DNA of 64,000 nucleotides from Thermodesulfobacteriota bacterium (GCA_034189385.1 JAXHVD010000004.1:64001-128000), one strand, 5' to 3'; shown: positions 1 through 12,010, numbered from the stretch's first letter. A program made the numbers and translations. Notes: generated by a model from the letters alone, not told the origin.

Positions 1-282
1 AGCGGCAAATTGGCAAAACTTCCTAAATAGCGACTCAGAGGCTGCAATGTCTATTGCGAAGTCGTTGGTGTTGATAAGCGGAAACCCCTCCTTCTGCTTT
101 ATCGATAAGAGATCGGGTGGAATCTCAATGGCTTTCAAGTGGGTTTCTTCCATTGAGGCCTCTTGGGCCATAAGAAGCTTCTCGTAGAAATCGAGCAGTC
201 TCTCGTATTCAGGTCTTGCTTTCTTTGCAGCAGCCACCGCCTTTTTGATTTGACCAGAGCCCAATGATTTCCTTTCTATCAT
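1..282 (-). CDS. fdhE: Formate dehydrogenase accessory protein FdhE, N-terminal part (runs off the window)
   Basis: Manual translation MIERKSLGSGQIKKAVAAAKKARPEYERLLDFYEKLLMAQE...KQKEGFPLI; open to position 1; lies directly downstream of fdhAB. Confidence 0.7.
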   Translation of the reverse strand, partial: MIERKSLGSGQIKKAVAAAKKARPEYERLLDFYEKLLMAQEASMEETHLKAIEIPPDLLSIKQKEGFPLINTNDFAIDIAASESLFRKFCQFAA

Positions 283-310
283 GCGATAACAATTGTCACA
301 TATTGCCGTT

Positions 311-463
311 TGTCAAATTGGATGAAGTCGTAAAAAGTCGTAACCCCGGTGACAACCGGGGTCCAGAAACACTTTAAATATTTAAAATTACTGGATTTCG
401 GCGTCCACCGGGATGACGCGAAATGGCCATTTTGAACTTTTTACGAATCCATCAAATTTGACA
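311..463. repeat. MITE-like palindromic intergenic element
   Basis: Imperfect terminal inverted repeats TGTCAAATTGGATGAAGTCGTAAAAAGT / ACTTTTTACGAATCCATCAAATTTGACA; internal hairpin CCCCGGT-GACA-ACCGGGG and TCCAG/CTGGA arms. Confidence 0.7.
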
Positions 464-469
464 TAGCAT

Positions 470-506
470 AAAAAGGGGAGAAGATCAAAGGACCTTCTCC
501 CCTTTC
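470..506 (-). terminator. Intrinsic terminator after fdhB
   Basis: Stem AAAGGGGAGAAG / CTTCTCCCCTTT with a T-run on the minus strand. Confidence 0.7.
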
Positions 507-526
507 CGTTCAATTGCCCTTGTATC

Positions 527-1246
527 TTACAAGTTGGCTGTAAGCCTGGTAAGTGGACGAACGAGCCTCCTCAAGGCCACGGCCCTCGATACGTTGAAGG
601 CTGACGTGGAGGCCACTGCAAAGTTGTGGTACAGATTAGGTTCTTCAGTTACCAAATAGATAACTCGAATGTCATCTGGGTCTAAGAGCCTGGCTTTGGG
701 ATGGGTCTTCTTCACCACATCCAGACGCTTCTTGGCCAAAGCAAGCATCTCCTTTCGGTCCCCGAAATTCATTGCTCCCGTGGGACAGGTCTTCACACAG
801 GCAGGCAAGAGCCCATTTTCGACGCGATCAATACACATGTCGCACTTGGCCAGAGTCCCGTCCTCACAGGCCCGCGGAATGTTGTACGGGCAGGAGTCTA
901 TAACCGCCTGGGTATCCAGGTTCTTGGTTTTGGCTGTGTAGACCACTGCACCGGTTGCGGGGTCCCTGAAGATGGCCTCTGGGTCATCTGCCGTCATTTC
1001 ACAAGGTGGCTCCAGGCAATGACGACACTGATCCGGGAAGAAAAGCCACTTAAGCTTGCCGTCCACCACCACTTCGTTGAATCTCACAAGCTTGTAGGTC
1101 ACAAAGGAGAGATCCGCCGGGTTCTGATGGGTTCCACGGTTTACGGTTTTTTCCGCTGGCAGGTCATGCCACTGTTTACAGGCTACCTGACACCCCCTGC
1201 AGGCCGTACATATCGTCGTATCGATGAAAAATGATTTACCTGGCAT
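527..1246 (-). CDS. fdhB: Formate dehydrogenase Fe-S beta subunit
   Basis: CTACRGCQVAC, CRHCLEPPC and KCDMC...PACVKTCP cluster motifs; follows fdhA. Confidence 0.93.
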   Translation of the reverse strand: MPGKSFFIDTTICTACRGCQVACKQWHDLPAEKTVNRGTHQNPADLSFVTYKLVRFNEVVVDGKLKWLFFPDQCRHCLEPPCEMTADDPEAIFRDPATGAVVYTAKTKNLDTQAVIDSCPYNIPRACEDGTLAKCDMCIDRVENGLLPACVKTCPTGAMNFGDRKEMLALAKKRLDVVKKTHPKARLLDPDDIRVIYLVTEEPNLYHNFAVASTSAFNVSRAVALRRLVRPLTRLTANL

Positions 1247-1261
1247 TCAGATCACCTCCTT

Positions 1262-4200
1262 CTATATTTTGGATACATTGACCATAAAGGCCTTGGTTTC
1301 AGGGATTCTTGTATTCGGATCCCCAGTTGCAGGGGTAAGCAGATTGGCACTGTCTTCTTTACCCGTTTGGGGCCAGCGCCAGCCAAAACACCACGGGAAG
1401 CCTACCTGGTGCACCGTGTTTCCTCCAATCGTGAAAGGCTTGAATCTCTTGGTCACAATGGCAGTGCATTCCAGGGAGCCACGGGCCGATGAGGCCAATA
1501 CCCGCTCTCCGTTCTTGATACCCTTGAGCTGTGCCAACTCCTCACTCATCTCTACGAAGACCTGGGGCTCCAACTCCAGAAGCCAGGGCTGAGGCCGCGT
1601 CATGAGACCCGTCTGCCAGTGCTCGGACACACGGTAGGTGGTCCCCACAATCGGGTACTTGGGATCGCATGTCTCATAGGCATCTGCCTTGGTTCCGTAC
1701 ACCGGCGCCACAGGGTTCATCCTCTGCTCATTCATCAGGTTCTTTTCAATCGGACACTCCAGCGGTTCATAGTGCTCTGGGAAGGGACCGTCTGCGCGGC
1801 CCGGGCCGAAGATCTGGGCGTGGCCGTGGACGTGCATGATAAAGGCCCACTTGCTTTTGGGATTCGGCTTTTCCAGGCTCCCAAGGGGCGGCCAGCCGCC
1901 GTCGGGCACATCGCCGATCCATTTGCTCCCATTCCACTTGATGACCCACTGATCCTTATCCCATGGTTGGCCCTTCAGGTCCACCGAAGCTCGGTTATAA
2001 ATGATCCTGCGGTTCACGGGCCAGCACCAGGAAAACTTCGGATAGAGCCCGATCTTGTTTTCAGCATCCCCCTGGCCCCGCCGGGCGGCCATGTTTCCCT
2101 TTTCAGTATAACTGTTGCAATAGAGCCAGTTTGCCGAAGAGGTGGAGCCATCGTCTTTCAGGTAGGCAAAACTGGGGACAAGTTCCCCTTTCTTGAAGCT
2201 CTTCTTCTTAGCCGGAAAATCAACGTCTTTTAGAAAATAGCCGTTGATCTCCTTGGCCGCCTTATGAGCATCATACATGCCCTCTGTCACGTAGTCCCAC
2301 TTCAGGTTCAAGATCGGCTCTGGGAAGGCCCCCTTTTCTTTCTCATAGAGTTCCTTGATCTTGAAGCCAAGTTCCATGATGATGTCCCCGTCGGACCTGC
2401 TGTTTCCAAGGGGTTTTGGCCCCGGGTAACGCCACTGCATCCACCGGCCGCTATTGGTGATGCTCCCTTCCTTTTCCACGGATACACAGGCCGGCAAAGA
2501 GAAGACCTCGGTCTTGATCTTGGATGGCTTCATGCCCGGTCCTTTCCAGAAGGAAGCGGTCTCGTTGTCAAAGAGATTCACATTGACCATCCAGTCAAGC
2601 TTGGCCATGGCCTGCCGATTCTTGTTGGCATTGGCCAGCGAGCAGGCCAGATTCATCCCCCAGTTGAAAAAACCCTTGACCTTTCCCTTGTACATGTCGT
2701 CGAACATGTCAAGGAAGGCATAGGTCTTTCCGGCATCCAGTTTAGGCATCCAGTCATAGCCAAAGTCGTTTCTCTTTTTTGCCTTTTCGCCAAAAAATGA
2801 CTTTAACAAACTCACCATGTACTTGGGCTCATTCTGCCACCAGTTGGCGCTCAAGGGGTCATTGCTCTTGGCCCGCCTTTTGAGGTAATCGTCCAGTTTT
2901 GGCCATTTGGTGCTTGGCGTGGCCAGGTACCCCGGCCAGATGTGAAAGAGCAGGCAATGATCTGTGGAACCCTGCACATTAGACTCGCCGCGTAGGGCGT
3001 TCACGCCGCCGCCGGCCACGCCGATGTTCCCGAGAAGGAGCTGAATGATGGCCATGGTTCGGATATTCTGGGTCCCCACCGTGTGTTGGGTCCAGCCCAT
3101 AGCATACATGATGGTACCGGCCTTGCCGGTGGCACCGGTGGCAGTATAGGCCTTGTAGACTGCCATGAGATCGGCCTCCGGTGTCCCTGTGATCTTTGAA
3201 ACCAGCTTGGTGTTGTACCGGTCGTAATGTTTCTTCAACAACTGAAAAACACAGCGGGGATCTTCTAGGCCACGGTCCATCTTGGGAACCCCATTTTCGT
3301 CCATGGCAAAGGCCCATTTGCTCTTGTCATATTTTCGGGCCTTTTTGTCATAGCCGGAGAAGAGACCATCTTTGAAATCAAAGTCTTTTCCCACAACAAA
3401 GGGCGCATTGGTGTATGCGCGCACATAGTCCTTATTGTAAAGCTTGTTGTCGATAATGTACTTGATCATGCCGCCCAAGAAGGCGATGTCGGTCCCTGAT
3501 CGCAGGGCCGTGTAAATGTCAGCTTTTGAAGAGGTCCTGGTGAATCTGGGGTCCACATTCACGAGTTTGGCCCCCTTTTTCATGGCCTGGACCACGTACT
3601 TGAAGGAAATGGGATGGTTCTCGGCAGCATTGCTTCCCATGATCAGGACGCAATCGCTGTTGCCGATGTCTATCCAGTGGTTAGTCATGGCGCCTCGTCC
3701 GAACGACTCTGCCAGAGCCGCTACTGTGGCGCTGTGTCAGATACGGGCCTGATGCTCTATATAGACAAGGCCCAGAGCCCGCATGAGGGCCTGGTAGATC
3801 CAGCACTCCTCGTTATCCAGGGCGGAACTGCCCCCCGAGACGATGGCCGTTGTCCGGTTGACCATCTGCCCTTTCTCGTTCTTGCGGGTAAAGCTCTCAT
3901 CCCGGGTCTCCTTCACCCGCTTGGCAATCTCGGTAAGGGCCCAGTCCCATGAGACCTGCTTCCACTCCTTGGCACCAGGGGCTCGGTACATCGGTTCAAG
4001 GAGCCGGTTTTCGTTTTCTGCCAGCCCGGACAGCGCCGCCCCCTTACTGCAGAGCGAACCGCGGCTTATAACATGGTCCGGATCACCCTCGATGTTCATC
4101 ACGCGGCCGTCGCCTTTTTTGCTCGTATGCACGATAGCCCCACAACCTACTGCACAATAGGGGCAGATGGTGGTAGTCTCTTTGGCATACTTTGTCTTGA

Positions 4201-4312
4201 GCATTTGGGCATGTGACCTCACTGGTGAAAGGTCGAATCCCAGACCGCTCACTGCAAGCCCGGCAGCCGTGGCACCAGAAACCTGCATGAATTCTCTACG
4301 TGTTACTTTCAT
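1262..4312 (-). CDS. fdhA: Selenocysteine-containing Mo/W-bisPGD formate dehydrogenase alpha subunit, Tat-exported
   Basis: ORFs 3737-4393 and 1262-3688 are in frame across TGA 3737-3739: EHQARI-U-HSATVAALAESFGRGAMTNHW. Tat signal MKVTRREF; CPYCAVGC; TGA is codon 192 from the ATG at 4312. Confidence 0.95.
3690..3736 (-). promoter_or_regulatory. Putative bacterial SECIS element
   Basis: Directly 3' of the in-frame UGA: GCTCTGGCAGAGTCGTTCGGACGAGGC, containing the hairpin TCGT-TCGG-ACGA. Confidence 0.6.
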
Positions 4313-4579
4313 GGGTGTAATCACCTTCCTTCCCGATAAAGGTTTGGATACGATTGAGAAAAGCGCGCCTACTAGAAACCGCCTGGACGTCACCCCCTTT
4401 CGAGAAAAATAGACTCATTGCTTAAGAGAATTGTGTTGTGGCAAGTAACCTTCCAACACCAAAGATGGAAAACGCTTTTTGTTGGCCATTGATGCGTTAG
4501 ATATCCAGTCCGAACATGGAAAAAGAAAAAGGTTCAACTATGTCAGATATGACACAACTACCTTATTCTATTACAAAAA

Positions 4580-4608
4580 CTTTTATTCGAAAGGGGAAGG
4601 CCTGTCAA
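4580..4608 (-). promoter_or_regulatory. Putative sigma70 promoter for the fdh operon
   Basis: TTGACA-17 bp-TAAAAG on the minus strand upstream of fdhA. Confidence 0.45.
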
Positions 4609-4680
4609 CCGTCTATTTGCAGGATAGGGCAAGAAAAACTACGGATTAAACACGGGGATAATATCAGGTCCATACTGTTA

Positions 4681-5229
4681 TTATGGTAAGGATAACAGGG
4701 AACTTCTGAGGTTTGCTTTCTTGTTTTTTAAGCCGAGCTTGGCTCTGATGTTGTCTCTATGAAACTCGATCGCCCTCGTTGACACGTTGGACAACTCTGC
4801 GATCTCCTTTGATGTCTTGCCCTCCTTGATGAGGGCGGCCACCTGGATCTCTCTGGGCGTCAACCCCCAGTACTTTGAGGAGAGCTTGGCAGAGAAAGGA
4901 GAGACAATCCTGTTTAGATGTGACTCGATAATACCCAAATAGGTTTGCTGTTTGGGATCCAGTCGGGTGTTCCTCAGGGCGTCCACATAGGGCAATATCA
5001 GCCCCTTTACGTTAGATAGAACCTTTTCTTCAAGTTCAGCCTTGTCTTCCTCTCTTCGCTTCAGCAAAACTTTCAGCGCCATCTTTACTTCCTCAAGGTT
5101 GCGCACATGGTCTTTGACCGCTGCCTCGCTTTTTCGAAGAGCCGCTTCAACCCGTTTGCGCTCTTGGGATTCCTTCTCCAACTGCCGGACTATCTCTTCC
5201 AGATTCTCATAGCTAGGCCTTTTTCCCAT
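4681..5229 (-). CDS. LuxR-family HTH transcriptional regulator
   Basis: C-terminal LTPREIQVAALIKEGKTSKEIAELSNVSTRAIEFHRDNIRAKLG; start MGKRPSYENL after a GGAGG RBS. Confidence 0.85.
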   Translation of the reverse strand: MGKRPSYENLEEIVRQLEKESQERKRVEAALRKSEAAVKDHVRNLEEVKMALKVLLKRREEDKAELEEKVLSNVKGLILPYVDALRNTRLDPKQQTYLGIIESHLNRIVSPFSAKLSSKYWGLTPREIQVAALIKEGKTSKEIAELSNVSTRAIEFHRDNIRAKLGLKNKKANLRSSLLSLP

Positions 5230-5687
5230 TGAGGCATCCTCCCCTGGGAAACGGAACGGCCCAAGCCGCCCGCGTCTCTTTTGGTGTTGGGTACGCTGGA
5301 AGCCGGAGGCCACGAAAGACGTAGCGCCAGTTCTTCCCCCGGCCGTTACCCAAACCAGAATTCCTTTGAGCCGTTTTTTGTCCATGGACCTTCTCGAATC
5401 CGTCGGCTGACTGGGGTAAGCCCAAGATTCATCAAAAGACGGTTCGGGGAAGCCAAAAAGTGTTTGGGCAACAGCTCGTTTCCGTAGCAACGCCATTGTA
5501 TCACAAGGCCCTCGTTTTGTGGGAGCCCGTTTTCCCGATCGCGCGGGCAAAGGCTTGTCGAGTCATTGAAGGAGTCGGTATTTGTTAACGATTAGGCTGC
5601 TGGCAGGCAAAGCTTAAACGGTGTGCCTGAATCACTGGCGTTTCTAAGTCTACGGTCCCGCCATGCTTTTCAATTATCCCAACTTCC

Positions 5688-7475
5688 TTACCCTTTTAGG
5701 GGCCGCATTTTTAAGGACAGTTCCTCCAACTGGCCCGGGGAAGCCTCGCAGGGTGCCCCTGTGAGGAGACAGGCTGCTTTCTGCGTCTTTGGGAAGGCGA
5801 TCACATCACGGATAGACGCCTGCTTGGCCATGAGCATGACGAGTCTATCAAAACCAAAGGCAATCCCACCGTGGGGGGGTGCCCCAAGCTGAAGGGCCTC
5901 CAGGATAAAACCAAACTTCTTCTCGTAGGTCTCAGGATCCATGCCCAGGGCCTCGAAGACCCTCTGCTGAACATCGTACTGGTGGTTGCGGATACTTCCA
6001 CCGCCGATTTCAGATCCGTTCAGCACAAGGTCATAGGCCCGGGACCGGACTGAAAGAGGCTCTTCAGTCAGCCTTGCCATGTCCGCCTCAAGGGGAGCGG
6101 TAAAGGGATGGTGCACCGCCACGTAGCGTTTTTCATCCTCGTCATATTCTACCAGGGGGAACTCGGTCACCCACACGAAGTCGTATTCGTCATGATCCAC
6201 CAAACCAAGCTTGTGGCCCAAGTGATTGCGCAGATGACCTAGAGATTCATTCACCACTGCCGGTTGATCGGCCACAAAGAAGACGAGATCTCCGGGCTCT
6301 GCCCCAAGCCTTTGAGCAAGCGATGCCTTTTCAGCATCGGTGAAGAATTTGGCAATAGGCGATTGCCAAGCATCGGGCCGGATCTTGATCCAAGCAAGAC
6401 CCTTTGCCTTGTAGATGGCCACAAATTCGGTGAGATCGTCAATCTCCTTTCGAGAGAGATCTATACATCCTTTGGCGTTTAGGGCCTTGACTTGGCCCCC
6501 AGCCCTGACCACATCAGCAAAGGCCCTAAACTCGGCCTCTGCCACAATGTCAGAGACATCGATCAACTCCAGGCCAAACCGAAGATCAGGTTTGTCCAGG
6601 CCAAATCGCCCTGTGGCTTCATCGTAGGCCAAGCGTTTGAAGGGCCTTTTCAGGTCCATGTCAAGGAGCTCCTTGAACAGGGCCGCCATCATCCCCTCTG
6701 TGACCTCCATCAGGTCCTCTTCTGTCACAAAAGACATCTCAAGGTCGATCTGCGTAAACTCTGGTTGACGGTCAGCCCGAAGGTCTTCATCTCTAAAACA
6801 CCTGGCAATCTGATAGTATCTGTCAAACCCGGAGAGCATCAACAGCTGCTTGAAGAGCTGGGGCGATTGGGGAAGGGCATAGAACTGCCCTGGGTTGACC
6901 CGGCTGGGCACAAGGTAGTCCCGCGCCCCTTCCGGGGTGCTCTTTGTCAGAAAAGGCGTTTCAATATCCAGAAATCCCAGGCCATTGAGATAGGAACGGA
7001 TGGTGGCAGCCGCCCGATGTCGCAGGATGAGGTTCTTCTGCAGTGCAGGCCGACGCATGTCCAGGTATCGGTAACGAAGTCGGATATTTTCAGACACCTG
7101 TGTGTCATCTTCCAGTACAAAAGGCGGCGTCTTTGAATGATTCAGGATTTTCAGTTCCGAGGCCATCACATCAATTGCACCGGTCTTGAGATTGGGGTTG
7201 ACCATGCCTTCGGGCCTGGGGACCACAACCCCCCGAACGGCCAGGATAAACTCGTTTCGGATCACATGGGCCTTTGCATGGACGTCTTTGTTGAACTCCG
7301 GGTTAAAGACCACCTGCGTGAGCCCTTCTCGATCGCGAAGGTCTACAAAAATGACGCCACCATGATCTCGACGGCGCTGCACCCACCCCATGAGCACCAC
7401 TTCCTTGTCAACGTCTTTTGCCGTCAACGCACAGCAGTGGTGGGTTCGTTTCATGTTGCCAAGGGAATCAAACAA
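5688..7475 (-). CDS. aspS: Aspartate--tRNA ligase
   Basis: [64 protein letters not shown]. Confidence 0.97.
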   Translation of the reverse strand: MFDSLGNMKRTHHCCALTAKDVDKEVVLMGWVQRRRDHGGVIFVDLRDREGLTQVVFNPEFNKDVHAKAHVIRNEFILAVRGVVVPRPEGMVNPNLKTGAIDVMASELKILNHSKTPPFVLEDDTQVSENIRLRYRYLDMRRPALQKNLILRHRAAATIRSYLNGLGFLDIETPFLTKSTPEGARDYLVPSRVNPGQFYALPQSPQLFKQLLMLSGFDRYYQIARCFRDEDLRADRQPEFTQIDLEMSFVTEEDLMEVTEGMMAALFKELLDMDLKRPFKRLAYDEATGRFGLDKPDLRFGLELIDVSDIVAEAEFRAFADVVRAGGQVKALNAKGCIDLSRKEIDDLTEFVAIYKAKGLAWIKIRPDAWQSPIAKFFTDAEKASLAQRLGAEPGDLVFFVADQPAVVNESLGHLRNHLGHKLGLVDHDEYDFVWVTEFPLVEYDEDEKRYVAVHHPFTAPLEADMARLTEEPLSVRSRAYDLVLNGSEIGGGSIRNHQYDVQQRVFEALGMDPETYEKKFGFILEALQLGAPPHGGIAFGFDRLVMLMAKQASIRDVIAFPKTQKAACLLTGAPCEASPGQLEELSLKMRPLKG

Positions 7476-7498
7476 AATCGGCTCCTTTCCGACATGTA

Positions 7499-8767
7499 TC
7501 AGCTCTCCGGGCCGGACCGGATTCTACCTGCAACAACCTCGACAAGGCCTTGCAAGGGGACCTGGTCCTGTTGCTTTGTCTCAAGGTCTCTTAAGACGGC
7601 AGCCCCGTCGTCCAGCTCGCGGTCGCCCACTATAAGGGCATAGGACGCTTCAAGCTTGTTGGCCCGCCGCATTTGGGCCTTCAGGCTTCGGTCCTCAAAA
7701 TCCATCTCTGCCCGGATCTTCTGCCCCCTCAACGCCTGGACCCATCTGAAGGCGCTCTCCTGGGCCCTCGCCCCCAATGCCGCGATGAAGAGATGGGGAC
7801 GCTTCTCAAAACGATCGGCCCTTTCCGCTAGTAGGTCGATCAACCGATCAAGACCAATGGCAAAACCAACGCCAGGCTGATCAGGTCCGCCAAGGGCCTT
7901 TACCAGGCCGTCATAGCGCCCCCCGCCTGCCACGGCATCCTGGGCCCCCAAAGACTGGCCAAGGACCTCAAAGGTCGTTCGTGTGTAGTAGTCCAATCCC
8001 CTGACCAGACGGTGATCGGCCTCAAAAGGGATCCCAAATCCTTCCAACGCCCTCTGGACCATGTCAAAATGGTTCCTACATTCCTCACAAAGGTGGTCCA
8101 CGATCGATGGGGCATCCACCATGGCCTCCTTGCAGGTGGCTACCTTACAGTCGAAGATGCGCAAAGGGTTTCTTCCCCGCCTCTTCAGACAATCTGAACA
8201 CAATTGCCCGGTGCGGCCCTCCAAAAAGGACCTCAGGGCCTCTTTGAAGCGTGGACGGCAGGCGTTGCAGCCCAGAGAGTTGATGTGGAGTGCCACGCCA
8301 GGAACTTCAAGGCGGTTCATCAAGGTCATCAGGAGAAAGACCAGTTCAGCATCTGCCTTGGGATCGTGGAGGCCGAAGACCTCGGCATTGATCTGATAGA
8401 ACTGACGATACCGGCCCTTCTGGGGACGCTCCCTCCGGAACATGGGTCCCAGGGTGTAAAGCTTCCGGACAGGGTCTTTGGCATACAGCTTGTGTTCGAT
8501 GTAGGCCCTCACCACAGAGGCCGTGGCCTCTGGCCGCATGGTCAGAGACTTGCCGCCTTGATCGGTGAAGGTGTACATCTCCTTTTCTACGATATCCGTG
8601 TCAGCCCCGATACTGCGGGCAAAAAGCTCTGTTTGCTCCAGCATGGGGGGCCTGACTTCGGCAAAGCCAAATTGGCCAAAGAGCTCCCGTGCAAGCTCTT
8701 CAACATGTTGCCAGAGTCCTGTTTCTCCCGGCAAGATGTCCTTAAAACCCCTGACCAGCCTTATCAT
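7499..8767 (-). CDS. hisS: Histidine--tRNA ligase
   Basis: [39 protein letters not shown]. Confidence 0.97.
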   Translation of the reverse strand: MIRLVRGFKDILPGETGLWQHVEELARELFGQFGFAEVRPPMLEQTELFARSIGADTDIVEKEMYTFTDQGGKSLTMRPEATASVVRAYIEHKLYAKDPVRKLYTLGPMFRRERPQKGRYRQFYQINAEVFGLHDPKADAELVFLLMTLMNRLEVPGVALHINSLGCNACRPRFKEALRSFLEGRTGQLCSDCLKRRGRNPLRIFDCKVATCKEAMVDAPSIVDHLCEECRNHFDMVQRALEGFGIPFEADHRLVRGLDYYTRTTFEVLGQSLGAQDAVAGGGRYDGLVKALGGPDQPGVGFAIGLDRLIDLLAERADRFEKRPHLFIAALGARAQESAFRWVQALRGQKIRAEMDFEDRSLKAQMRRANKLEASYALIVGDRELDDGAAVLRDLETKQQDQVPLQGLVEVVAGRIRSGPES

Positions 8768-9004
8768 TGCGCCGTTCCTCATCATCCCACACGCCATGGG
8801 TGGATTCAAAAAACCGTTATGCTAGTGGACCCTTCCCGCTGAAGTCAATACAAATATGCGGCCGGAAAAAGGGACCGCGCCTTGGCGCCTCTGGCACGGG
8901 GAGCCGTCACGACCCCATGGACGGGCAAGGGACGGCACAGGTCCCCCCCTGCAGGCCATCCGTCGCCATCTCTTTTCAATGTCTTTTTGGGGCCACGGGA
9001 GGGC

Positions 9005-10459
9005 TTACTTGCGCCAGAATTCCGGTACAAACAAGATAACAACCGTGTAGATCTCCAATCGTCCCAGAAGCATGCAAAGGATCAACAGCCATTTTCCCAG
9101 CACTGGAATATGGGCATAATTGTCCGTTGGTCCTACCATTCCCAGCCCCGGGCCGATATTGCCTATGGTGGCCGCAACAGCGGCAAAGGAGGTCACCACA
9201 TCGACACCCATAGCAGCAAGGAGAAAGGAGCACAGGATAAAGAGACCCAAGTAGAGCATGAAGTAGCCCCATATGCTGTGAAGGACCTCATCTGAGATGG
9301 CACGACCTCCCAGCTTGACTTGGGTCACTGCATGGGGGTGTATGAGGGAAAAGAGCTGCTTGTAGGAGTGCTTCAACAGGAGCATGATGCGCATGCACTT
9401 CATCCCGCCGCCCGTCGAACCTGCTGACGCACCAAGAAACATGCAAAAGAGCAAGATGTTCTGGGAAAGGGACGGCCACATTTCATAATCTGCCGTAGCG
9501 TATCCTGTGGTTGTAATAATGGACATGACCTGAAAGCCCCCAAACCGCAAGGCCTCACCCATGGTTTCATAGATCTCGCCATAGATGTTGACCGTAACAG
9601 TGAGACAGAAGAGGGCAACGACCCCGACAAAGAAGCGGCATTCCGGATCCCGCCAGAAGGCCAGGGGATGGCCCTTTAGGAATTGATAATGGAGGGCAAA
9701 ATTGATCCCTGCAAAGAACATGAACACGATGATCACTGTGTCCACATAGGGACTCTCATAGGCGCCAATGGAGGCGTTTCGTGTGGAAAACCCCCCTGTG
9801 GCCATGGTCCCGAAGGTGTGGCAGAGGGCCTCAAAGAGGTCCACCCCCCCCAACATAAGCAGCAGCGTCTCAGCTGCGGAAAAAAGGAGATAGACCTTCC
9901 ACAGCACCATGGCCGTGTCTTTGATGCGGGGCTTAAGTTTGTCCGGCACTGGGCCCGGGACCTCTGCCTTGTAAAGCTGCATCCCGCCGATCCCCAGAAG
10001 GGGCAAGATGGCCAGGGAAAGGACAATGATCCCCATGCCACCCAGCCAGTGGGTCAAGCTCCTCCAGAAGAGCAGCCCACGGGGGATGCCCTCCAGCTGG
10101 GTCAGAACAGAGGCGCCGGTCGTGGTAAAGCCTGAAACAGACTCGAAAAAGGCATTGGAAAAGTCGGGAAAGAGACCACCCCAGTAGTAGGGAAGGGCTC
10201 CGAACAGGCCAGCGGCCGTCCATCCAATGGCCACCACACCCATCCCCTCGCGATGGGTCATCAACTCGTTTTGCGTACCCCTACCTTTGAAAAGAAGGTA
10301 GAGGGCCAGACCGCTGGCCAAGGTGACGAGCATGGATTTCAATAAAGGCCCCACACTATGGTCCTGGTAATAGAGGCCAAAAAGGAGGGGAAAGATCATG
10401 GTGAGGCCCAAAAAGAACGTCAAGATCCCCACCAGATGTAGCGTGTAGGAGACACGCAT
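9005..10459 (-). CDS. trkH: Trk K+ uptake membrane subunit
   Basis: FESVSGFTTTGAS, MATGGFS, TTTGYAT and GNIGPG pore motifs. Confidence 0.95.
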   Translation of the reverse strand: MRVSYTLHLVGILTFFLGLTMIFPLLFGLYYQDHSVGPLLKSMLVTLASGLALYLLFKGRGTQNELMTHREGMGVVAIGWTAAGLFGALPYYWGGLFPDFSNAFFESVSGFTTTGASVLTQLEGIPRGLLFWRSLTHWLGGMGIIVLSLAILPLLGIGGMQLYKAEVPGPVPDKLKPRIKDTAMVLWKVYLLFSAAETLLLMLGGVDLFEALCHTFGTMATGGFSTRNASIGAYESPYVDTVIIVFMFFAGINFALHYQFLKGHPLAFWRDPECRFFVGVVALFCLTVTVNIYGEIYETMGEALRFGGFQVMSIITTTGYATADYEMWPSLSQNILLFCMFLGASAGSTGGGMKCMRIMLLLKHSYKQLFSLIHPHAVTQVKLGGRAISDEVLHSIWGYFMLYLGLFILCSFLLAAMGVDVVTSFAAVAATIGNIGPGLGMVGPTDNYAHIPVLGKWLLILCMLLGRLEIYTVVILFVPEFWRK

Positions 10460-11833
10460 CTAGAAGTACTCCAGCTTCACCATGAGGGCCTTTTCAACTT
10501 GGGGAATGCCCTGACGCGTGGAAAGGATGACGATCTGATCTTTCGGCTGAATAACACTCTCGCCCGTGGGGATAATCACTTCCTCTTGCCGGATGATGGC
10601 GATGACCAAGGCCCCCTTTGGAAAAGGGATCTTTCGGATGGGTTTTCCAACGATATCAGATGTTTCTAGGGCAACAGCCTCGAGGACCTCTGCCTCTTCC
10701 CCTTTCAGCGTCATGGCCGACAGTACCTTGCCCCGGCGCACGTACTGCAATATGGTATTGATGGCAGCCAGACGGGAGCTCACAACGTGATCCAGGCCGA
10801 TGGCAGAAACCAAAGGAAAGTAGCTGAACCGGCTAATACGGGTCACAGTCTTCTGGGCCCCCATCCGTTTGGCCAGAAGAGAGGTAAGGACGTTTGTCTC
10901 TTCATCCCCTGTCAGGGTAGCCACCACATTCATATCCCGGATGTTCTCCTCTTGGAGAAGCCCTTGGTCGGACCCGTCGCCGTGGAGAACCACCACCTTG
11001 TCCAGGAGTTGGGCCAGTTCCCGGCAGCGTTCAGGTTCTTTTTCGATGAGTTTTGTATGAACGGAAAGGCCCTCAAGGGCCCTGGCCAGTTTAAGCCCCA
11101 GGTTGCCTCCTCCCACCAGGAGCACCCGTTTCAAGGGCTCGGCCTTCTTGCCGAAGATCTTCAGGGCCGCTTTCAGTTCGTTTTCTTCAGAGACAAAGTA
11201 GACAATGTCTCCTTCAAAGAGTTCGTCCTTTCCCGAGGGAACAATCAGTCTTTCGTTTCTCACAATGGCCGCGATCAGTATCTTCTTCTCACCGGTCTTC
11301 TTGTGGAGATCCACAAGCTTGGTACCAGCCACCGGGCTGTCTGGATCCAGGCGAACCCCAATGAGCTTAATGCGGCCATCGGCAAACTCACCAACGTCCA
11401 CGGCACCTGGCACTTTTAGAAGCCTTTCAACGGCCTTTACGGCCTCGGCCTCAGGATTGATGATCACATCTATACGATAGGGCTCGTTTCTGAGCGCATC
11501 TTCGTATTGCAGATAGTCTGCCCCTCTGATGCGGGCCAACTTGATCGTCGTGGGAGAAAGGAGACTGGCAAAAAGGCAGGCAACCAGATTGGTCTCATCG
11601 CTGTCTGTGACGGCCAGCAAGATGTCGGCCCCTCTCAGGCCTATTTCTTCCAGTATGGCCGGGCTGCTGCCACAGCCCTGGATAGCCTGAACATCGAGGC
11701 CCTCTTGAACCCGACGTAAGGCCTCGGCGTTGGTGTCAACCACCACCACGTCTTTGTGTTCAAGGGCCAGGCGGCTGGCAATATGGAAACCCACCTCCCC
11801 GGCCCCAACAATTACAATCTTCACGGTCGTCAC
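10460..11833 (-). CDS. trkA: Trk K+ uptake NAD-binding subunit
   Basis: Two RCK domains (GAGEVG, GGGNLG); adjacent to trkH. Confidence 0.95.
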   Translation of the reverse strand: MTTVKIVIVGAGEVGFHIASRLALEHKDVVVVDTNAEALRRVQEGLDVQAIQGCGSSPAILEEIGLRGADILLAVTDSDETNLVACLFASLLSPTTIKLARIRGADYLQYEDALRNEPYRIDVIINPEAEAVKAVERLLKVPGAVDVGEFADGRIKLIGVRLDPDSPVAGTKLVDLHKKTGEKKILIAAIVRNERLIVPSGKDELFEGDIVYFVSEENELKAALKIFGKKAEPLKRVLLVGGGNLGLKLARALEGLSVHTKLIEKEPERCRELAQLLDKVVVLHGDGSDQGLLQEENIRDMNVVATLTGDEETNVLTSLLAKRMGAQKTVTRISRFSYFPLVSAIGLDHVVSSRLAAINTILQYVRRGKVLSAMTLKGEEAEVLEAVALETSDIVGKPIRKIPFPKGALVIAIIRQEEVIIPTGESVIQPKDQIVILSTRQGIPQVEKALMVKLEYF

Positions 11834-12010
11834 TCCCGGTGCCAGAAGACACGTTACGCCACCTCACATACTATAACGGTCCTATCCAGTCAATCGCCCT
11901 TGCCCGTGCCTCGAAAAGCCTTTGCAGGGCGCAACCTCTCTATCCAGTTCTGAAATAAACGCTTTGGGATGGGCAAGGCCATGGGCAGGACAGGCCCCCT
12001 TGACATCTGT

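Noticed and set aside
5230..5680. Long N-terminal extension of the LuxR ORF, or a riboswitch/ncRNA
   Set aside because: The extension has no recognisable domain, a good RBS lies just before 5229, and no known RNA motif was recognised.
11558..11575. 16-nt match between the element hairpin loop TTTTGCCAGTCTCCTT (55005-55020) and the trkA coding strand
   Set aside because: Same sense as the trkA mRNA, so it cannot act as antisense; a few such matches are expected by chance in an all-against-all comparison of 64 kb.
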